The translations under genes were made by a program, and so were the position numbers. The notes under the pieces were generated by a model. The model made no database searches, had not been told where the DNA came from, and saw only the letters and a program-made list of their open reading frames with translations. Shown here piece by piece: positions 12,046-23,333 of a DNA stretch of 64,000 nt. This stretch comes from an uncultured Clostridium sp. (GTDB lineage Bacteria; Bacillota; Clostridia; TANB77; CAG-508): the NCBI GenBank assembly GCA_947087745.1, contig CAMUDX010000002.1, forward strand, positions 17,151-81,150. Reading direction: 5' to 3'. Every line of letters begins with the position of its first letter. Within the stretch, counting starts at the first letter, position 1.

Positions 12046-12495
12046 CTAGTCATCATTACAACTTTTTAATAATTCTAATTGTGATATTAGTAATGATTCC
12101 ATTTTTGCTTTATATATGTCAAATTGTTTTTTTACATCATCTAGAGCCATTTGTTTCATTCTTACTTCTTGAGTTAAATCACTAGTTGCTCTTTGTGCAG
12201 AACTTCTAGCTTCTAATAAAATTTGATCAGCTTGTTGCTTTGCCACATTTTTAACCTCTTCTGCTGTAGTTTGTGCCATAACTAGCGTATTTTGAAGTGT
12301 GCTTTCAATTGTTTTATAATGTTCTAAACTATTTGTTAATTCTTCTACTTTTTTAGATAATTCTGTTGCTAATTTATAATTTTTTTCATAATCTATTAAT
12401 ACTTCATCTAAAAACTCATCTACCTCATCTACATTGTATCCATGCATTACTTGCTTAGAAAATTTTTTATTTTCGATATCTAATGGTGTTATCAT
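12046..12495 (-). CDS. divIVA: DivIVA-domain cell-division protein
   Basis: The N-terminal [29 protein letters not shown] is the DivIVA lipid-binding/dimerisation domain; the rest is coiled coil. Confidence 0.85.
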   Translation of the reverse strand: MITPLDIENKKFSKQVMHGYNVDEVDEFLDEVLIDYEKNYKLATELSKKVEELTNSLEHYKTIESTLQNTLVMAQTTAEEVKNVAKQQADQILLEARSSAQRATSDLTQEVRMKQMALDDVKKQFDIYKAKMESLLISQLELLKSCNDD

Positions 12496-12521
12496 TTTTA
12501 TCTTCCTTTCTTATGGATATT

Positions 12522-12998
12522 CTAGTTTATGCTGTTACCTTTTAACCAAGATACTGATAATTTATTTTTTATCTCTTCTCTTGCCATTTCGTTTGTGATT
12601 TCATAATTTGTTGGTGCTATTAAGAATATTGAATTAGATATTTTTTGTATATGTCCATTTAATGCATATACTCCTCCACTAATAAAGTCTACTATTCTTC
12701 TAGCTACATCTTTGTTTACATACTCTAAATTTACTATAACTGATTTCTTTTCTTTTAAGAATGAACAAATTTCTTCTGATTGTTCAAATGTTGTTGGTTG
12801 AGATATTACCATTTTGATTGCTTGGTTTTGTGGCATTGCAAATATCTTTTTCTTACCACCAAACAATTTTCTATCTTCTATCTCTTCATTTTCTTCTTCA
12901 TCGAACTCATATATGTTGTTCTCCTCTTCATCTTCTTCAGGTTCTGCGGAATCCATTCCAAATAGCCCCCAAACTTTATCCATTATTGCTCCTGACAT
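12522..12998 (-). CDS. sepF: cell division protein SepF
   Basis: Acidic N-terminal linker followed by a conserved SepF C-terminal domain (VIVNLEY...ARRIVDFISGGVYALNG). Confidence 0.85.
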   Translation of the reverse strand: MSGAIMDKVWGLFGMDSAEPEEDEEENNIYEFDEEENEEIEDRKLFGGKKKIFAMPQNQAIKMVISQPTTFEQSEEICSFLKEKKSVIVNLEYVNKDVARRIVDFISGGVYALNGHIQKISNSIFLIAPTNYEITNEMAREEIKNKLSVSWLKGNSIN

Positions 12999-13126
12999 AA
13001 AAAAACCTCCTAAAATTTCTTATCTTTTTGTCTTTTACGCATATAGTATCTCTTTTTTTTACATTTTTGTCAATACTTTTCATTGTTGTAATACAAACTT
13101 AATATTGGTGTAATATTTTTGTAATA

Positions 13127-14368
13127 TTATTCCACTAAATCCAACTTTGGATATAATAAAATTTCATCATATAGCTTTATTTTTTTGTATGTTGTTATTT
13201 GTTCTTTTGTGTATCCTAGTTCTGCTAATTCTATAGTTCTGTATGATGTTATTATTGAATAATTTTCACTTGTTGTCTCTATTTTTACTAATACCTTTTC
13301 TAAATATCCTAATCTTTGTCTTATCACATAATTCAAATTATTTTCATCTTGTATTATTGCTTGATTTGGCACTTTTAGCCCCTCATTGCTCCACCATATT
13401 ACTTCAACTGTTACCTTTCTATAATTTACTAAACTTTCTGTCTTTTTATTTATTTCAAATACTATTAATCTATTATTTTCTTCTTCTTTTATATTTGATA
13501 TTTTTGCATCTATTTCATCATTTGTTGATAGTCTTAATTTTACCTTTTGACCAACTTCAGCTCTTTGTGCTTCTTCTGAATCCATTGCGATAACTATATG
13601 ATATTTAAAGTTATCTATAACCTTTCCTTTTTTTGTACTTGTAGCGACAATTTGTCCAGTTTTTAAGTTGATTTCTTTTAATAATTGTAAATTTATATTT
13701 TCTATATTGTTAGAGCTTAAGGTTTCTTCTAAACCATCAACTCGATATGATACAATTCCACTTATTGGCGCATTTACAGATATGGCATTTTGGGCTAACT
13801 GATTTTCATACTTCTTTCTTTCTTTTATTAGTTCTTTAACATATGTACTTGTATTTGTTGAACTTTCTATAAAATTTATTTTTCTATCCAATAGCTTGTC
13901 TATATCTTTATTATATTCAGAAATCTCTTGAATATTACTTATTTTTTTTAAATCTTCAATTTTTTTATCAATTTGGTTTTCAATTAACTTAAGTTCTGAT
14001 GATGATATCATTTTTTCAGATTTTAGTGCTTCTTGTAGTTTTAAATCTATTTCGTTTATTTTAGCATTTATTTCTTGTTGATTCATATTATAATATTGAA
14101 AAATTGCGTTGTTTTTTGATACTTTTTCTCCTTCTGCCATTATTGGTACAATGTCCCCTGTCATTTCTTGATTTTCAATTACAACTTCATTTCTTAATAT
14201 ATATCCAATAACAGTCTCTTCTTTATATATAGTTCCTTGATTTACCAAATATATATCTGATTCATCTCCTATTAATAAATAAGCTATATATGATATATAA
14301 ATTATTGCTATTAAAATTATTATCCCAATAAATATTTTACGCTTATTTATCTTTTTGCCAATTTCCAA
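13127..14368 (-). CDS. membrane-anchored HlyD/membrane-fusion-like protein
   Basis: N-terminal TM helix, long coiled coil, then a beta-rich region typical of membrane-fusion/biotin-lipoyl-like adaptor proteins. Confidence 0.45.
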   Translation of the reverse strand: MEIGKKINKRKIFIGIIILIAIIYISYIAYLLIGDESDIYLVNQGTIYKEETVIGYILRNEVVIENQEMTGDIVPIMAEGEKVSKNNAIFQYYNMNQQEINAKINEIDLKLQEALKSEKMISSSELKLIENQIDKKIEDLKKISNIQEISEYNKDIDKLLDRKINFIESSTNTSTYVKELIKERKKYENQLAQNAISVNAPISGIVSYRVDGLEETLSSNNIENINLQLLKEINLKTGQIVATSTKKGKVIDNFKYHIVIAMDSEEAQRAEVGQKVKLRLSTNDEIDAKISNIKEEENNRLIVFEINKKTESLVNYRKVTVEVIWWSNEGLKVPNQAIIQDENNLNYVIRQRLGYLEKVLVKIETTSENYSIITSYRTIELAELGYTKEQITTYKKIKLYDEILLYPKLDLVE

Positions 14369-14447
14369 TTCTTTTCAGTGATGCAAGTTTCAAAACTTGC
14401 ATCTTCTCCTTTCTCTAAATTATAGATTTAAATTTATAATTTAAGAT

Positions 14448-15365
14448 TTATATATTATCTAAAATTTGTTGTATATTATGTTCTTTTGTCTCAAATGCAT
14501 CTAACCAAATATTTTCCTTATTTTTTCTAAACCATGTTAATTGCCTTTTTGCATATCTTCGAGATTCCATTTTTATTTTTTCTATCATTTCTTCCTGTGT
14601 ATATTCCCCTTGCAAATAATCTACTACTTCCTTATATCCTAATCCTTGCATTGCAGTTGGAAATTCATTATATTTTCTTTGTAAATTTTCAACTTCTTGT
14701 ATGAGTCCTTTTTGAATCATTATATCAACCCTTTTGTTTATTCTTTCATATAGCTTTTCTCTATCCATATTCAATACAAAAACTCTATAATCATATTTTA
14801 CTTCATTTTTTCTTGATTCTTCCTCTTGTTCTGTTTTTGTTTTCCCAGTTGCATGATAGATTTCTAATACTCTCATTATTCTTTTTTTGTCATTTGGACT
14901 AATCTTTTTCATTGCTTGACTGTCTATTTCATTTGCCCTACTATATAAAGCCTCTAGTCCTTGCATTTCTATTATTTTCTCTAACTCTTTTCTATACTCT
15001 TCATCGATTTCTATATTACTATATTCTATTCCATATATTAGGCTGTCTATATATAATCCTGTTCCACCAACTACAATTGGCATTTTTCCTTTTTTTATTA
15101 TTTCTTCTATTGCAATTGTTGCATCATTTTTAAATTGTGCTACACTATATCTTTGTTGTGGAGATACATAATCCATCAAATAATGCTTTATTCCTTGTTT
15201 TTCTTCCTTTTCTGGCTTTGCTGTTCCTATATCCATATCTGTATATATCTGCATTGAATCTGCTGATACTATTTCTCCATTTATTCTTTTTGCAAGTTCT
15301 ATCGATAGTGCTGTTTTTCCCGACGCTGTTGGTCCACAAATTACTATGACTTTTGGTTTTTGCAT
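14448..15365 (-). CDS. miaA: tRNA dimethylallyltransferase MiaA
   Basis: GPTASGKT P-loop at the N-terminus and full-length MiaA similarity; sits immediately downstream of mutL as in many bacteria. Confidence 0.9.
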   Translation of the reverse strand: MQKPKVIVICGPTASGKTALSIELAKRINGEIVSADSMQIYTDMDIGTAKPEKEEKQGIKHYLMDYVSPQQRYSVAQFKNDATIAIEEIIKKGKMPIVVGGTGLYIDSLIYGIEYSNIEIDEEYRKELEKIIEMQGLEALYSRANEIDSQAMKKISPNDKKRIMRVLEIYHATGKTKTEQEEESRKNEVKYDYRVFVLNMDREKLYERINKRVDIMIQKGLIQEVENLQRKYNEFPTAMQGLGYKEVVDYLQGEYTQEEMIEKIKMESRRYAKRQLTWFRKNKENIWLDAFETKEHNIQQILDNI

Positions 15366-15415
15366 GTTCTTAGCTTATGTTAGCTTTTACTAACATTCCT
15401 CCTTTTTACATTTTA

Positions 15416-17767
15416 TTACTTTCTTGCAAATTTTCTTTCAATCTCATATTTAGTCATTTTTATTGCTGTTGGTCTTCCATGTGGACATGTAAAAGGATTT
15501 GGTAATACTAATAACTTGTCCATAAGTTCCTTTACTTCTAACTCGGTTAATGCCATATTTGCTTTCACGGCTGCTTTGCATGCTACTGTTGCAATAAATC
15601 TTTCTTCTATTTCTTGTTTTGCTGTTCTTCCTAATGATGTAATTTCATCTAATGCTTCTAAAAACATTTCTTTTGTTTCTAAATCTATGCATATATCAGG
15701 TACTCCTGATAATTTGATTGTATTTTCTCCAAATTCTTCTAATACAAATCCTGCTCTTTCAAATATTTGCATATTCTCTCTTGCTATTTCCATTTCTTTA
15801 TGTGTTAATGTTATTATATCTGGTAATAACATCATTTGTGTTGCAGTTTGGTTGTTTGCATAATAGTTCTTTTTTACTTTTTCATATAGTACTCTTTCAT
15901 GTGCAGCATGTTGGTCTATTACATACATTTCTTCATTCATTTCTAATATAATATATGTATTAAATACTATTCCGATTATTTTATATACTGGTTTTTCTAA
16001 TTCTGGTATACTTTCAAAAACCGATATGTTTTGTATATTTATAGAACTTGGCATTTTTCCAAATGTCTTCATATACATTTCATTGAAATTATATTTTATT
16101 TCTTCATCTTCTATCTTTTGTACTTGTTTATTCTCTTCTTCATTGTATTCTTCTATTATATATGGTAATTCCATATCTTCTTGTTCTTCTTTTTGTTGTT
16201 CATTATCATAATTTTCCTGTTGTTTTTCTTTTAGTGATTGTTCTACTTCTTCTGGTTTTATATTTTTAATCACTAATTCATTTTCAATTACTGTTGGATT
16301 TTCAATTTCTTGTTGTTCTATCTTGCTTACTGGTTGTAATTGACTTTCTTGTTCTGTTTCATTTACTTCTTGCTTTGCATTTTCTTGTTGTTCTATATAT
16401 CCATTTTGTGTATCTTTTTCTTCAATTAAGTTTTCCTGTTGTTTTATACAATTCTCTTGATTGAATTCCTCTTGTTGCCTCATTTTAGCTTGTTGTGCTC
16501 TATATAAAGCTTCAACAATATTTGTTTCTTCATTTTGTTCTAAATCTGTTTTGTTATTTATACTTTGCATTGAATTTACTTCTGAATTTGGAATTTGTTC
16601 CGAAAACTCTGTTTCTTTCCTATTTTCTATTTTTTTGTTGAATGATGGTAAAATTGATAAGAAAGGATTTTTTTGTTTTGTTTGATTTGTTATATTTGTT
16701 TGTTGTATTTCTCGTTCTTCATTTATTAATTTCGTTGTTTTTTCTTGTACTTGATTATATATAGATATATTTTGTGAATTACCTTTTAATAATGTTTCTT
16801 TTATTGCATGATATAATGCTTTGAATATCTTATCTTCTTCTTCGAATCTTACTTCTAGTTTAGCTGGGTGTACATTTACATCTACTTTATTTGGTTTCAT
16901 GTCTATATTTAGACTTAAAAAGGGAAACTTTCCCAATGGTATCATTCCTTTAAATGCTTGTTCTGTTGCAGATTGTAATATTTTGTCTCTTACATATCTT
17001 TTATTTACAAAAAATATCTGTTGGCTTCTATTTGATCTTGCAATTTCAGGTCTTCCTATTATCCCTGTTATTTTTATATCTTCATATTGGTAGTCTACAT
17101 TTATTATTTTATCCGCAACATCTTTTCCATATATACTATATATTACAGTTTTTAAGTCTCCATTTCCATTCGTTTGGATAACTGTTTTTCTTGAATTTAT
17201 TAATTTTATTGCAATCTCTGGATAGCTTTGTGCAATTCTTGTTACTACATCTTCTATATATCCTGATTCTGTATAATCTTTTTTTAGAAATTTGTATCTT
17301 ACTGGTGTATTGTAAAATAAATTTCGTACAGTTATACTTGTTCCCTTTGGACACCCTGCTGTTTGTTTTTCTAGTATATATCCACCTTCTACCACTATTC
17401 TATATCCATTTTCTTGTTCTGCTGTTTTTGATACTAATTCTACATTTGCGATAGCTCCAATACTTGCTAATGCCTCACCTCTAAATCCCATTGATTTTAC
17501 TTCTGATAATTCACTAGCATTTCTTATTTTGCTTGTTGCATGTCTTTCAAATGCTAATTCTAAATCATCTTCTGATATTCCTTTTCCATTGTCTGTAACG
17601 CGTATATATGATATTCCACCATTTTCTATTTCTATAGTTATATTTGTTGCTCCTGCATCTATTGAATTTTCTATCATCTCTTTTATTACAGATGCAGGTC
17701 TTTCTATTACTTCTCCTGCTGCTATTTTGTTGATACTTAACTCATCTAATAGTACTATTTTTCCCAT
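15416..17767 (-). CDS. mutL: DNA mismatch repair protein MutL
   Basis: GHKL ATPase N-terminus (AAGEVIERPASVIKEMIENSIDAGA), low-complexity linker, and a C-terminal dimerisation domain with an FTCPHGRP motif. Confidence 0.9.
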   Translation of the reverse strand: MGKIVLLDELSINKIAAGEVIERPASVIKEMIENSIDAGATNITIEIENGGISYIRVTDNGKGISEDDLELAFERHATSKIRNASELSEVKSMGFRGEALASIGAIANVELVSKTAEQENGYRIVVEGGYILEKQTAGCPKGTSITVRNLFYNTPVRYKFLKKDYTESGYIEDVVTRIAQSYPEIAIKLINSRKTVIQTNGNGDLKTVIYSIYGKDVADKIINVDYQYEDIKITGIIGRPEIARSNRSQQIFFVNKRYVRDKILQSATEQAFKGMIPLGKFPFLSLNIDMKPNKVDVNVHPAKLEVRFEEEDKIFKALYHAIKETLLKGNSQNISIYNQVQEKTTKLINEEREIQQTNITNQTKQKNPFLSILPSFNKKIENRKETEFSEQIPNSEVNSMQSINNKTDLEQNEETNIVEALYRAQQAKMRQQEEFNQENCIKQQENLIEEKDTQNGYIEQQENAKQEVNETEQESQLQPVSKIEQQEIENPTVIENELVIKNIKPEEVEQSLKEKQQENYDNEQQKEEQEDMELPYIIEEYNEEENKQVQKIEDEEIKYNFNEMYMKTFGKMPSSINIQNISVFESIPELEKPVYKIIGIVFNTYIILEMNEEMYVIDQHAAHERVLYEKVKKNYYANNQTATQMMLLPDIITLTHKEMEIARENMQIFERAGFVLEEFGENTIKLSGVPDICIDLETKEMFLEALDEITSLGRTAKQEIEERFIATVACKAAVKANMALTELEVKELMDKLLVLPNPFTCPHGRPTAIKMTKYEIERKFARK

Positions 17768-19351
17768 TTAAAAGTGTTTTCCTTTCTTTTTATCTGTTTG
17801 TATTATATCTTCTATATTTTCTTGTACTCTTTCAATATTTTCTGTCTCTTCTATCTTTTGGATATTTTCAGTATTTGATATTTTTCCTGTGTTTGCTATA
17901 TTCTCTATATTTCGTATTTTCATCATAATATCTTCAAAATTTATATCACTTTCTAAATTATTCTCTGTTTTTATCACACTTTCAGTCTCTATACCTTTTT
18001 CTGTATCACTTTTAATTTCGTTTTCTAGTCTTGGCTCTTCTTCTATTTCATTATGTATATTGAATTCATTTTCTAAATTGTTTTCTATTTCCTCATCTTT
18101 ATTGTTAATTTCTTCTTTATTTGTTTTACTTTTGGCTTTCTTCATTTTTGCTTTTATTACAGCATATATGATTATTAAGATTACTATTACTATTAGTGCT
18201 AATATTATTGCTATTCTTTTTATCATTTCTTCTTTTTTTAGTTCACCAAATATATTATTTATTTCATTTTGATTTACTGTGTTTTTTATTACTGTTATTT
18301 GATATGTTGCAACTACAGTATTTTGTGAATCATATACTATTAATGTTATTAGGTTTTCTCCATTTTTTAAGTCTTCATTCCCTGCTACTACTACTCTGTA
18401 TTTGTCTGATGTTGTTTTTGCATCTATTTCTAATGTTTTTATATCTTCTTCTAATATTGCTTCGTATTCATATGTATCTGTATCAAATTCTGGTTTTAGT
18501 GTTATTCCTGCTATAGTTAACTTTTCTATTCCTTCTCCTGGCTCGGTTACCTCATTATTCGTTGGCTCTTCTGGTACTTCTGGTTGTTCATCTGTTGAAT
18601 CTTCTACTGGTGGCTCTACTGGCGCTCCTTCTTCTTTTCTTGTTACTGTTATTGTGTATTTTTTTGTGTTTCCTGCTTCTGCTGTTACTGTTATTGTTAT
18701 TTTGTTTGTTCCTACTTTTAGTCCACTTACTTTTCCATTGCTTACTTTTAGTCCTTTTTCTGCTGTTATGCTTACTGTTGATTTTGTGTCTGATTGTTTG
18801 TACCACACTTCTATTTCTTCTATATCATTTGGCACTGTTGCTACATAACTTGTTCTGCTAGATTTGAAGTTATTAAAGTCATAATCTTTTGGATTTATTC
18901 CTAAATTACTTAAGTTAGCATTATTTGATTTTGTTGGTACCACAGGGTCATTTTCTTCCGGTTTTGGGTCTGGTTGAACTGTTTTTTGATTTATATTAAC
19001 TGTTGTTGACTTATTTATTTTTATTGTATTTCCGTTCTGGTCTGTAATATCTCCTATTAAATATATTACATATGTTCCTACTTTTGATGTATCTAATTTA
19101 AGTGTATCAACAGTATTTCTTTCGCTTAAATCATCAGTTTGTGATGCATATCCTTTACTTGATATTCCTTCACCACTTACTTTTAAATTCCAAGCTGCTG
19201 CTGTAAAATTTACTGTTATTGATACATTATCTCCTACTTCTGCTGTTGCTTTTGTTGCTGTTATATCTGCACTTGCTGCTTCTACTTTAACTGTTCCTAT
19301 AAATATGGCTAATATTATTCCAAATACAATTATTGATATTCTTTTTTTCAT
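17768..19351 (-). CDS. cell-surface protein with two cadherin-like beta-sandwich domains, one TM helix and a cytoplasmic coiled-coil tail
   Basis: Signal peptide, then LSNLGINPKDYDFNNFKSSRTSYVATVPNDIEEIEV... and LTIAGITLKPEFDTDTYEYEA... (cadherin-like beta-sandwich signatures), and an internal hydrophobic segment. Confidence 0.6.
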   Translation of the reverse strand: MKKRISIIVFGIILAIFIGTVKVEAASADITATKATAEVGDNVSITVNFTAAAWNLKVSGEGISSKGYASQTDDLSERNTVDTLKLDTSKVGTYVIYLIGDITDQNGNTIKINKSTTVNINQKTVQPDPKPEENDPVVPTKSNNANLSNLGINPKDYDFNNFKSSRTSYVATVPNDIEEIEVWYKQSDTKSTVSITAEKGLKVSNGKVSGLKVGTNKITITVTAEAGNTKKYTITVTRKEEGAPVEPPVEDSTDEQPEVPEEPTNNEVTEPGEGIEKLTIAGITLKPEFDTDTYEYEAILEEDIKTLEIDAKTTSDKYRVVVAGNEDLKNGENLITLIVYDSQNTVVATYQITVIKNTVNQNEINNIFGELKKEEMIKRIAIILALIVIVILIIIYAVIKAKMKKAKSKTNKEEINNKDEEIENNLENEFNIHNEIEEEPRLENEIKSDTEKGIETESVIKTENNLESDINFEDIMMKIRNIENIANTGKISNTENIQKIEETENIERVQENIEDIIQTDKKKGKHF

Positions 19352-19382
19352 TTTTATTCCTTTCTTGTGTAAATATTTTAAA

Positions 19383-21075
19383 TTATTTTATAATAAAATT
19401 ACTATTTAATAATAAATGTCTTTGTATAATAAATAAATCTCCTGAATTTATTTCTCCGTCACCATTTGCATCCATCGCTTGTTTTACTTGATTACTTATG
19501 CTGTGTCCTGTTAATAAATATTTCTGTATACTAAATAAATCTCCTGAATTTACTTCTCCATCGCCATTTGCATCTCCTAAAACTGATATTATATATGTGT
19601 CATTTACAATATATCCTGTTGCTAATAGCATGCCTGAATTTATTATTACTCCATTAACGTTTTTTACTACGATATTTTGACCTATTAAGTTTGCAATATC
19701 TTGTGATGTTACTCCTGGTACAACTGTAATACTTTTATTTGTATAATCTACCTTAACTTTTTCATTCTTAACAATATTATTAGGTTGATCTGGCGTTTCT
19801 GGTGTTATAGGTACTAGATATAATTTATATTCTGGTAAATCATAATCATATGTTTCTCTTGCAACATATCCTTTTGTTCCATTTGCTTTCATTATATAGT
19901 CCCAATATGTTCCTCCAACTTTCTCTGTTGCCTTTTGTAATCTTGTAACTATTTCATCTTTATATAAAAGTACTCCACTTATCTTTGCACCATTAGGTGA
20001 TTCTCTAACACTAATTGTACTATTTACATTTACTCTTACTAAGTCTGATGTTATTGTACCTGGATTTGATGTTGTATTTGGCTTTCTGCATATTTCGGAT
20101 GGCATGTTTTCATATAATGGTATTATAAATGTATATGATGCTTCCATTTTTCCACTTTCTTGTAATGCCTGTCTGATTTTTACTCCCTCGTTTTGTGCTG
20201 CTAAGATATTTTGTTGATATTGATGCCAATATAGTCCATTTGTCTCTTCTACATCAAACTTCTTAAAATATATTGTATTTTGTCCTCTATTTATGTATCC
20301 ATCTACAATAGTTGTCATTCCGCCCTCAATTGATTTTTCTAAGCTGTTCCATCCGTTTACTTTTTGCATATTCTAAACCATTTCTTATTACTTCATCTTT
20401 GTTACTTCCAGTTGCTCTTATGTTAAATATATTATAATATCCTTCATATCCTGGGTATGTTCCTGATACTGTTGAGCCTCCATTTGGTCCTTGCTCTTGC
20501 AGAGCTAATGCTGCTAAGTAATATGCACTTACATTATATTGGCTAGATACTGCTAATATTTTATTTATATATATTGGGTTGTCTAAAAATGTTCCTGATA
20601 CCATTTGTTGTATTGAATTGTAGTCACATGGAATATATGTTAATTCCATAAATTGAAATACATCTGAAGTGTTTATTGAATTCCTTGGATCTATCATATA
20701 TTTTAACGCAATTTCTGATGCACAGCGCCAATTTCCATTATCATATCTTTCATCTCCACATATTGCACATTTCCATTCTCCTTGCAAACTTGCTGATACT
20801 AGACTTCTTGGTGATGCTCCATGCCCTACATATTCATTTGCTATTACTTCATCTAATGTTAATCCCGTGTACAATACTTTAAATTTCCATGTTGGATGTT
20901 CATGTTGTAATGATTGTATCATTTGTTTTACACCTGGATATCTATTACTATCTATCCCATTTATATCTTCACTTATTGGTTGTGTAGTTGCTTCTACATT
21001 GTTTCCTAGTATTATATTGATTATTATAAATATCATTATGAATATTACATATTTCAATATTTTTTTCACTTGCAT
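19383..21075 (-). pseudogene. secreted autolysin (GH73 glucosaminidase - SH3b - dockerin) split by a frameshift at a poly-A run near 20326-20369
   Basis: ORFs 20326..21135 (signal peptide plus the N-terminal half of a glucosaminidase) and 19383..20369 (GWNSLEKSIEGG...GQNTIYFKKF...HQY, the continuation of the same domain, then SH3b and two dockerin repeats DANGDGEVNSGD / DANGDGEINSGD) overlap by 44 nt in different frames. Removing one A from the AAAAA run restores ...EYAKVNGWNSLEKS.... Confidence 0.6.
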
Positions 21076-21257
21076 CTTATTTTCTCCTTTTTTCTTTTTG
21101 TATTTTTTGTCATTTTTACGAGTACAGTATATCATTTATGTTTTTTTTTATCAATAATTTATGCATATTTTTTATAGTAAATATGTAAATTTCTTGTGAA
21201 TCTTTTATGAATATTAAAATAGTTATAAGTTGTCTAATCTCTTATAACTATTTATGC

Positions 21258-23303
21258 TTAAATTTCTATTCTATTACCAAATTTATTTTTTACTTTATTA
21301 TTTAATAGACTATTTTCTACTGTTCCCAGTTTTGGGTCTTTTTCTAAAATACTTATAGATAAATCTTGTACTTGTTTTAGTATTGGTAAATCTTCAAACA
21401 AATTTGCTACCTTAAATTCAGGTATTCCATGCTGTTCTGTTCCAAAAAAGTCTCCTGTTCCTCTTAATTGTAAGTCTTTTTCTGCAATTAAAAATCCATC
21501 ATTTGTTTGTGCCATTATTTTCATTCTTTCTATTGTATTTTGTCCTTTTCCTTCATATTTTAATATACAATATGATTTATATTCTCCTCTTCCTACTCTT
21601 CCTCTTAATTGATGTAATTGTGCTAGACCAAATCTTTCTGCATTTTCTACTACCATTATACTTGCATTTGGCACATTTACTCCTACTTCTATTACTGTAG
21701 TTGATATTAGAATGTCTATGTTTCCATCTTTAAATTCTTGCATTATTGCATCTTTTTCTTTTGCTTTCATTTTTCCATATACACATTCTACTCTATATTC
21801 ACTAAATACTTCATTTTTATATTTTTCTACTAATGTTTTTACTGCCTTTAAATCACTTTCTTCGCTTTCTTCTACTAATGGGCATACTATGTATGCCTGC
21901 CTTCCTTCTTCTATTTGCTTTTTTATAAATCCATTTACTCTTTCTTCCGTATTTTTTCTTACTGCAAATGTGTCTATCTTCTTTCTGTTTGGAGGCAGTT
22001 CATCTATTATTGATATGTCTAAGTCTCCATATAATATTAAACCTAGAGTTCTTGGTATTGGCGTTGCTGACATTACTAGTACATCAGGATTTTGTCCTTT
22101 TTCTACGATTTTTGTTCTTTGTTTTACACCAAATCTATGTTGTTCATCTGTTATTACTAATCCTAAGTTCTTAAACACTACATTGTCTTCTATCATTGCG
22201 TGTGTTCCTATTAATATATCGATTTTTCCTGCCTCTAATTCTTCTAGAACTTCTCTTTTCCTTTTTGCTGTCAAACTTGATATTAATAATCCACATTTTA
22301 TTCCTTTCTGTTCAAACATTTCTGTAAAACTTTCTAAATGTTGTGTTGCTAGTATTGCAGTTGGTGCTAATAATGCAACTTGATATCCTGATTTTACTGC
22401 TTTATATGCTGATATTATTGCTACTGCTGTTTTTCCAGACCCTACATCTCCTTGTAATAGCCTATTCATATTCTTTTTGCTTTCCATGTCTCTGTCTATT
22501 TCTTCTAATACTCTTAACTGTGCTTTTGTTAACTTAAATGGCAATAAATTTATCATTTCTGACATTTTTGCTTCTTCTTTAAATTGTATTCCGTTTCTAT
22601 CATTTTTGTATTCGTTTTTTAGATATAATAAGGCTAGTTGCATTATTAATAATTCTTCAAATGCTAACCTTCTTCTTGCTTGTTCAAATTCACTTAGTTC
22701 GTTTGGAAAATGTATTTTTTTTATTGCTTCATTATATTTTAATAATTTGTATTGTTCTAAAATCCTATTTGGTAATGTTTCTTCTAGTTTCCCATATATT
22801 TCATTCATCCCTATTTCTATTATTTTTCTTAATGTATTTTGTGATAAATTTTTTGTTAATGGATATATTGGTATTATTTTTCCTGTATTTTTTGTTTCCC
22901 CTTCAATGTCATATGTTGGACTTGCTATTTCTATCCTTCCATTTTTGTTTGATATTTTTCCATAGAATTTATATTTTTTTCCTGGTGTGAATATGTTTTT
23001 TAAATATGTTTGATTGTACCATATTGCTGTGCATGTTCCTGTTTCATCTCTTAACATTAACCTACATATTGTCATTCTTCTTGTTCTTATTTCTGTCATT
23101 CTTGATACTACTACCGCTTCTATTAGTGTTTCTTCTCCATCTATGCATTCACATATTTTCTTTGTTTTACTTCTGTCTTCATATTCTCTTGGAAAATATG
23201 TTATTAAGTCTCCTAATGTATTTATATTTAATTTATTTAATAATTTTGCTCTGTTTGGTCCTACTGTTTTTATATATTGTACTTCTTTTTCTAAATTTAT
23301 CAT
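21258..23303 (-). CDS. recG: ATP-dependent DNA helicase RecG
   Basis: Wedge domain, GDVGSGKT Walker A, DEQH box and a TRG motif region; 681 aa. Confidence 0.9.
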   Translation of the reverse strand: MINLEKEVQYIKTVGPNRAKLLNKLNINTLGDLITYFPREYEDRSKTKKICECIDGEETLIEAVVVSRMTEIRTRRMTICRLMLRDETGTCTAIWYNQTYLKNIFTPGKKYKFYGKISNKNGRIEIASPTYDIEGETKNTGKIIPIYPLTKNLSQNTLRKIIEIGMNEIYGKLEETLPNRILEQYKLLKYNEAIKKIHFPNELSEFEQARRRLAFEELLIMQLALLYLKNEYKNDRNGIQFKEEAKMSEMINLLPFKLTKAQLRVLEEIDRDMESKKNMNRLLQGDVGSGKTAVAIISAYKAVKSGYQVALLAPTAILATQHLESFTEMFEQKGIKCGLLISSLTAKRKREVLEELEAGKIDILIGTHAMIEDNVVFKNLGLVITDEQHRFGVKQRTKIVEKGQNPDVLVMSATPIPRTLGLILYGDLDISIIDELPPNRKKIDTFAVRKNTEERVNGFIKKQIEEGRQAYIVCPLVEESEESDLKAVKTLVEKYKNEVFSEYRVECVYGKMKAKEKDAIMQEFKDGNIDILISTTVIEVGVNVPNASIMVVENAERFGLAQLHQLRGRVGRGEYKSYCILKYEGKGQNTIERMKIMAQTNDGFLIAEKDLQLRGTGDFFGTEQHGIPEFKVANLFEDLPILKQVQDLSISILEKDPKLGTVENSLLNNKVKNKFGNRIEI

Positions 23304-23333
23304 TCTTTGTTTTCTCCGTTTTTGTTTATTGTA

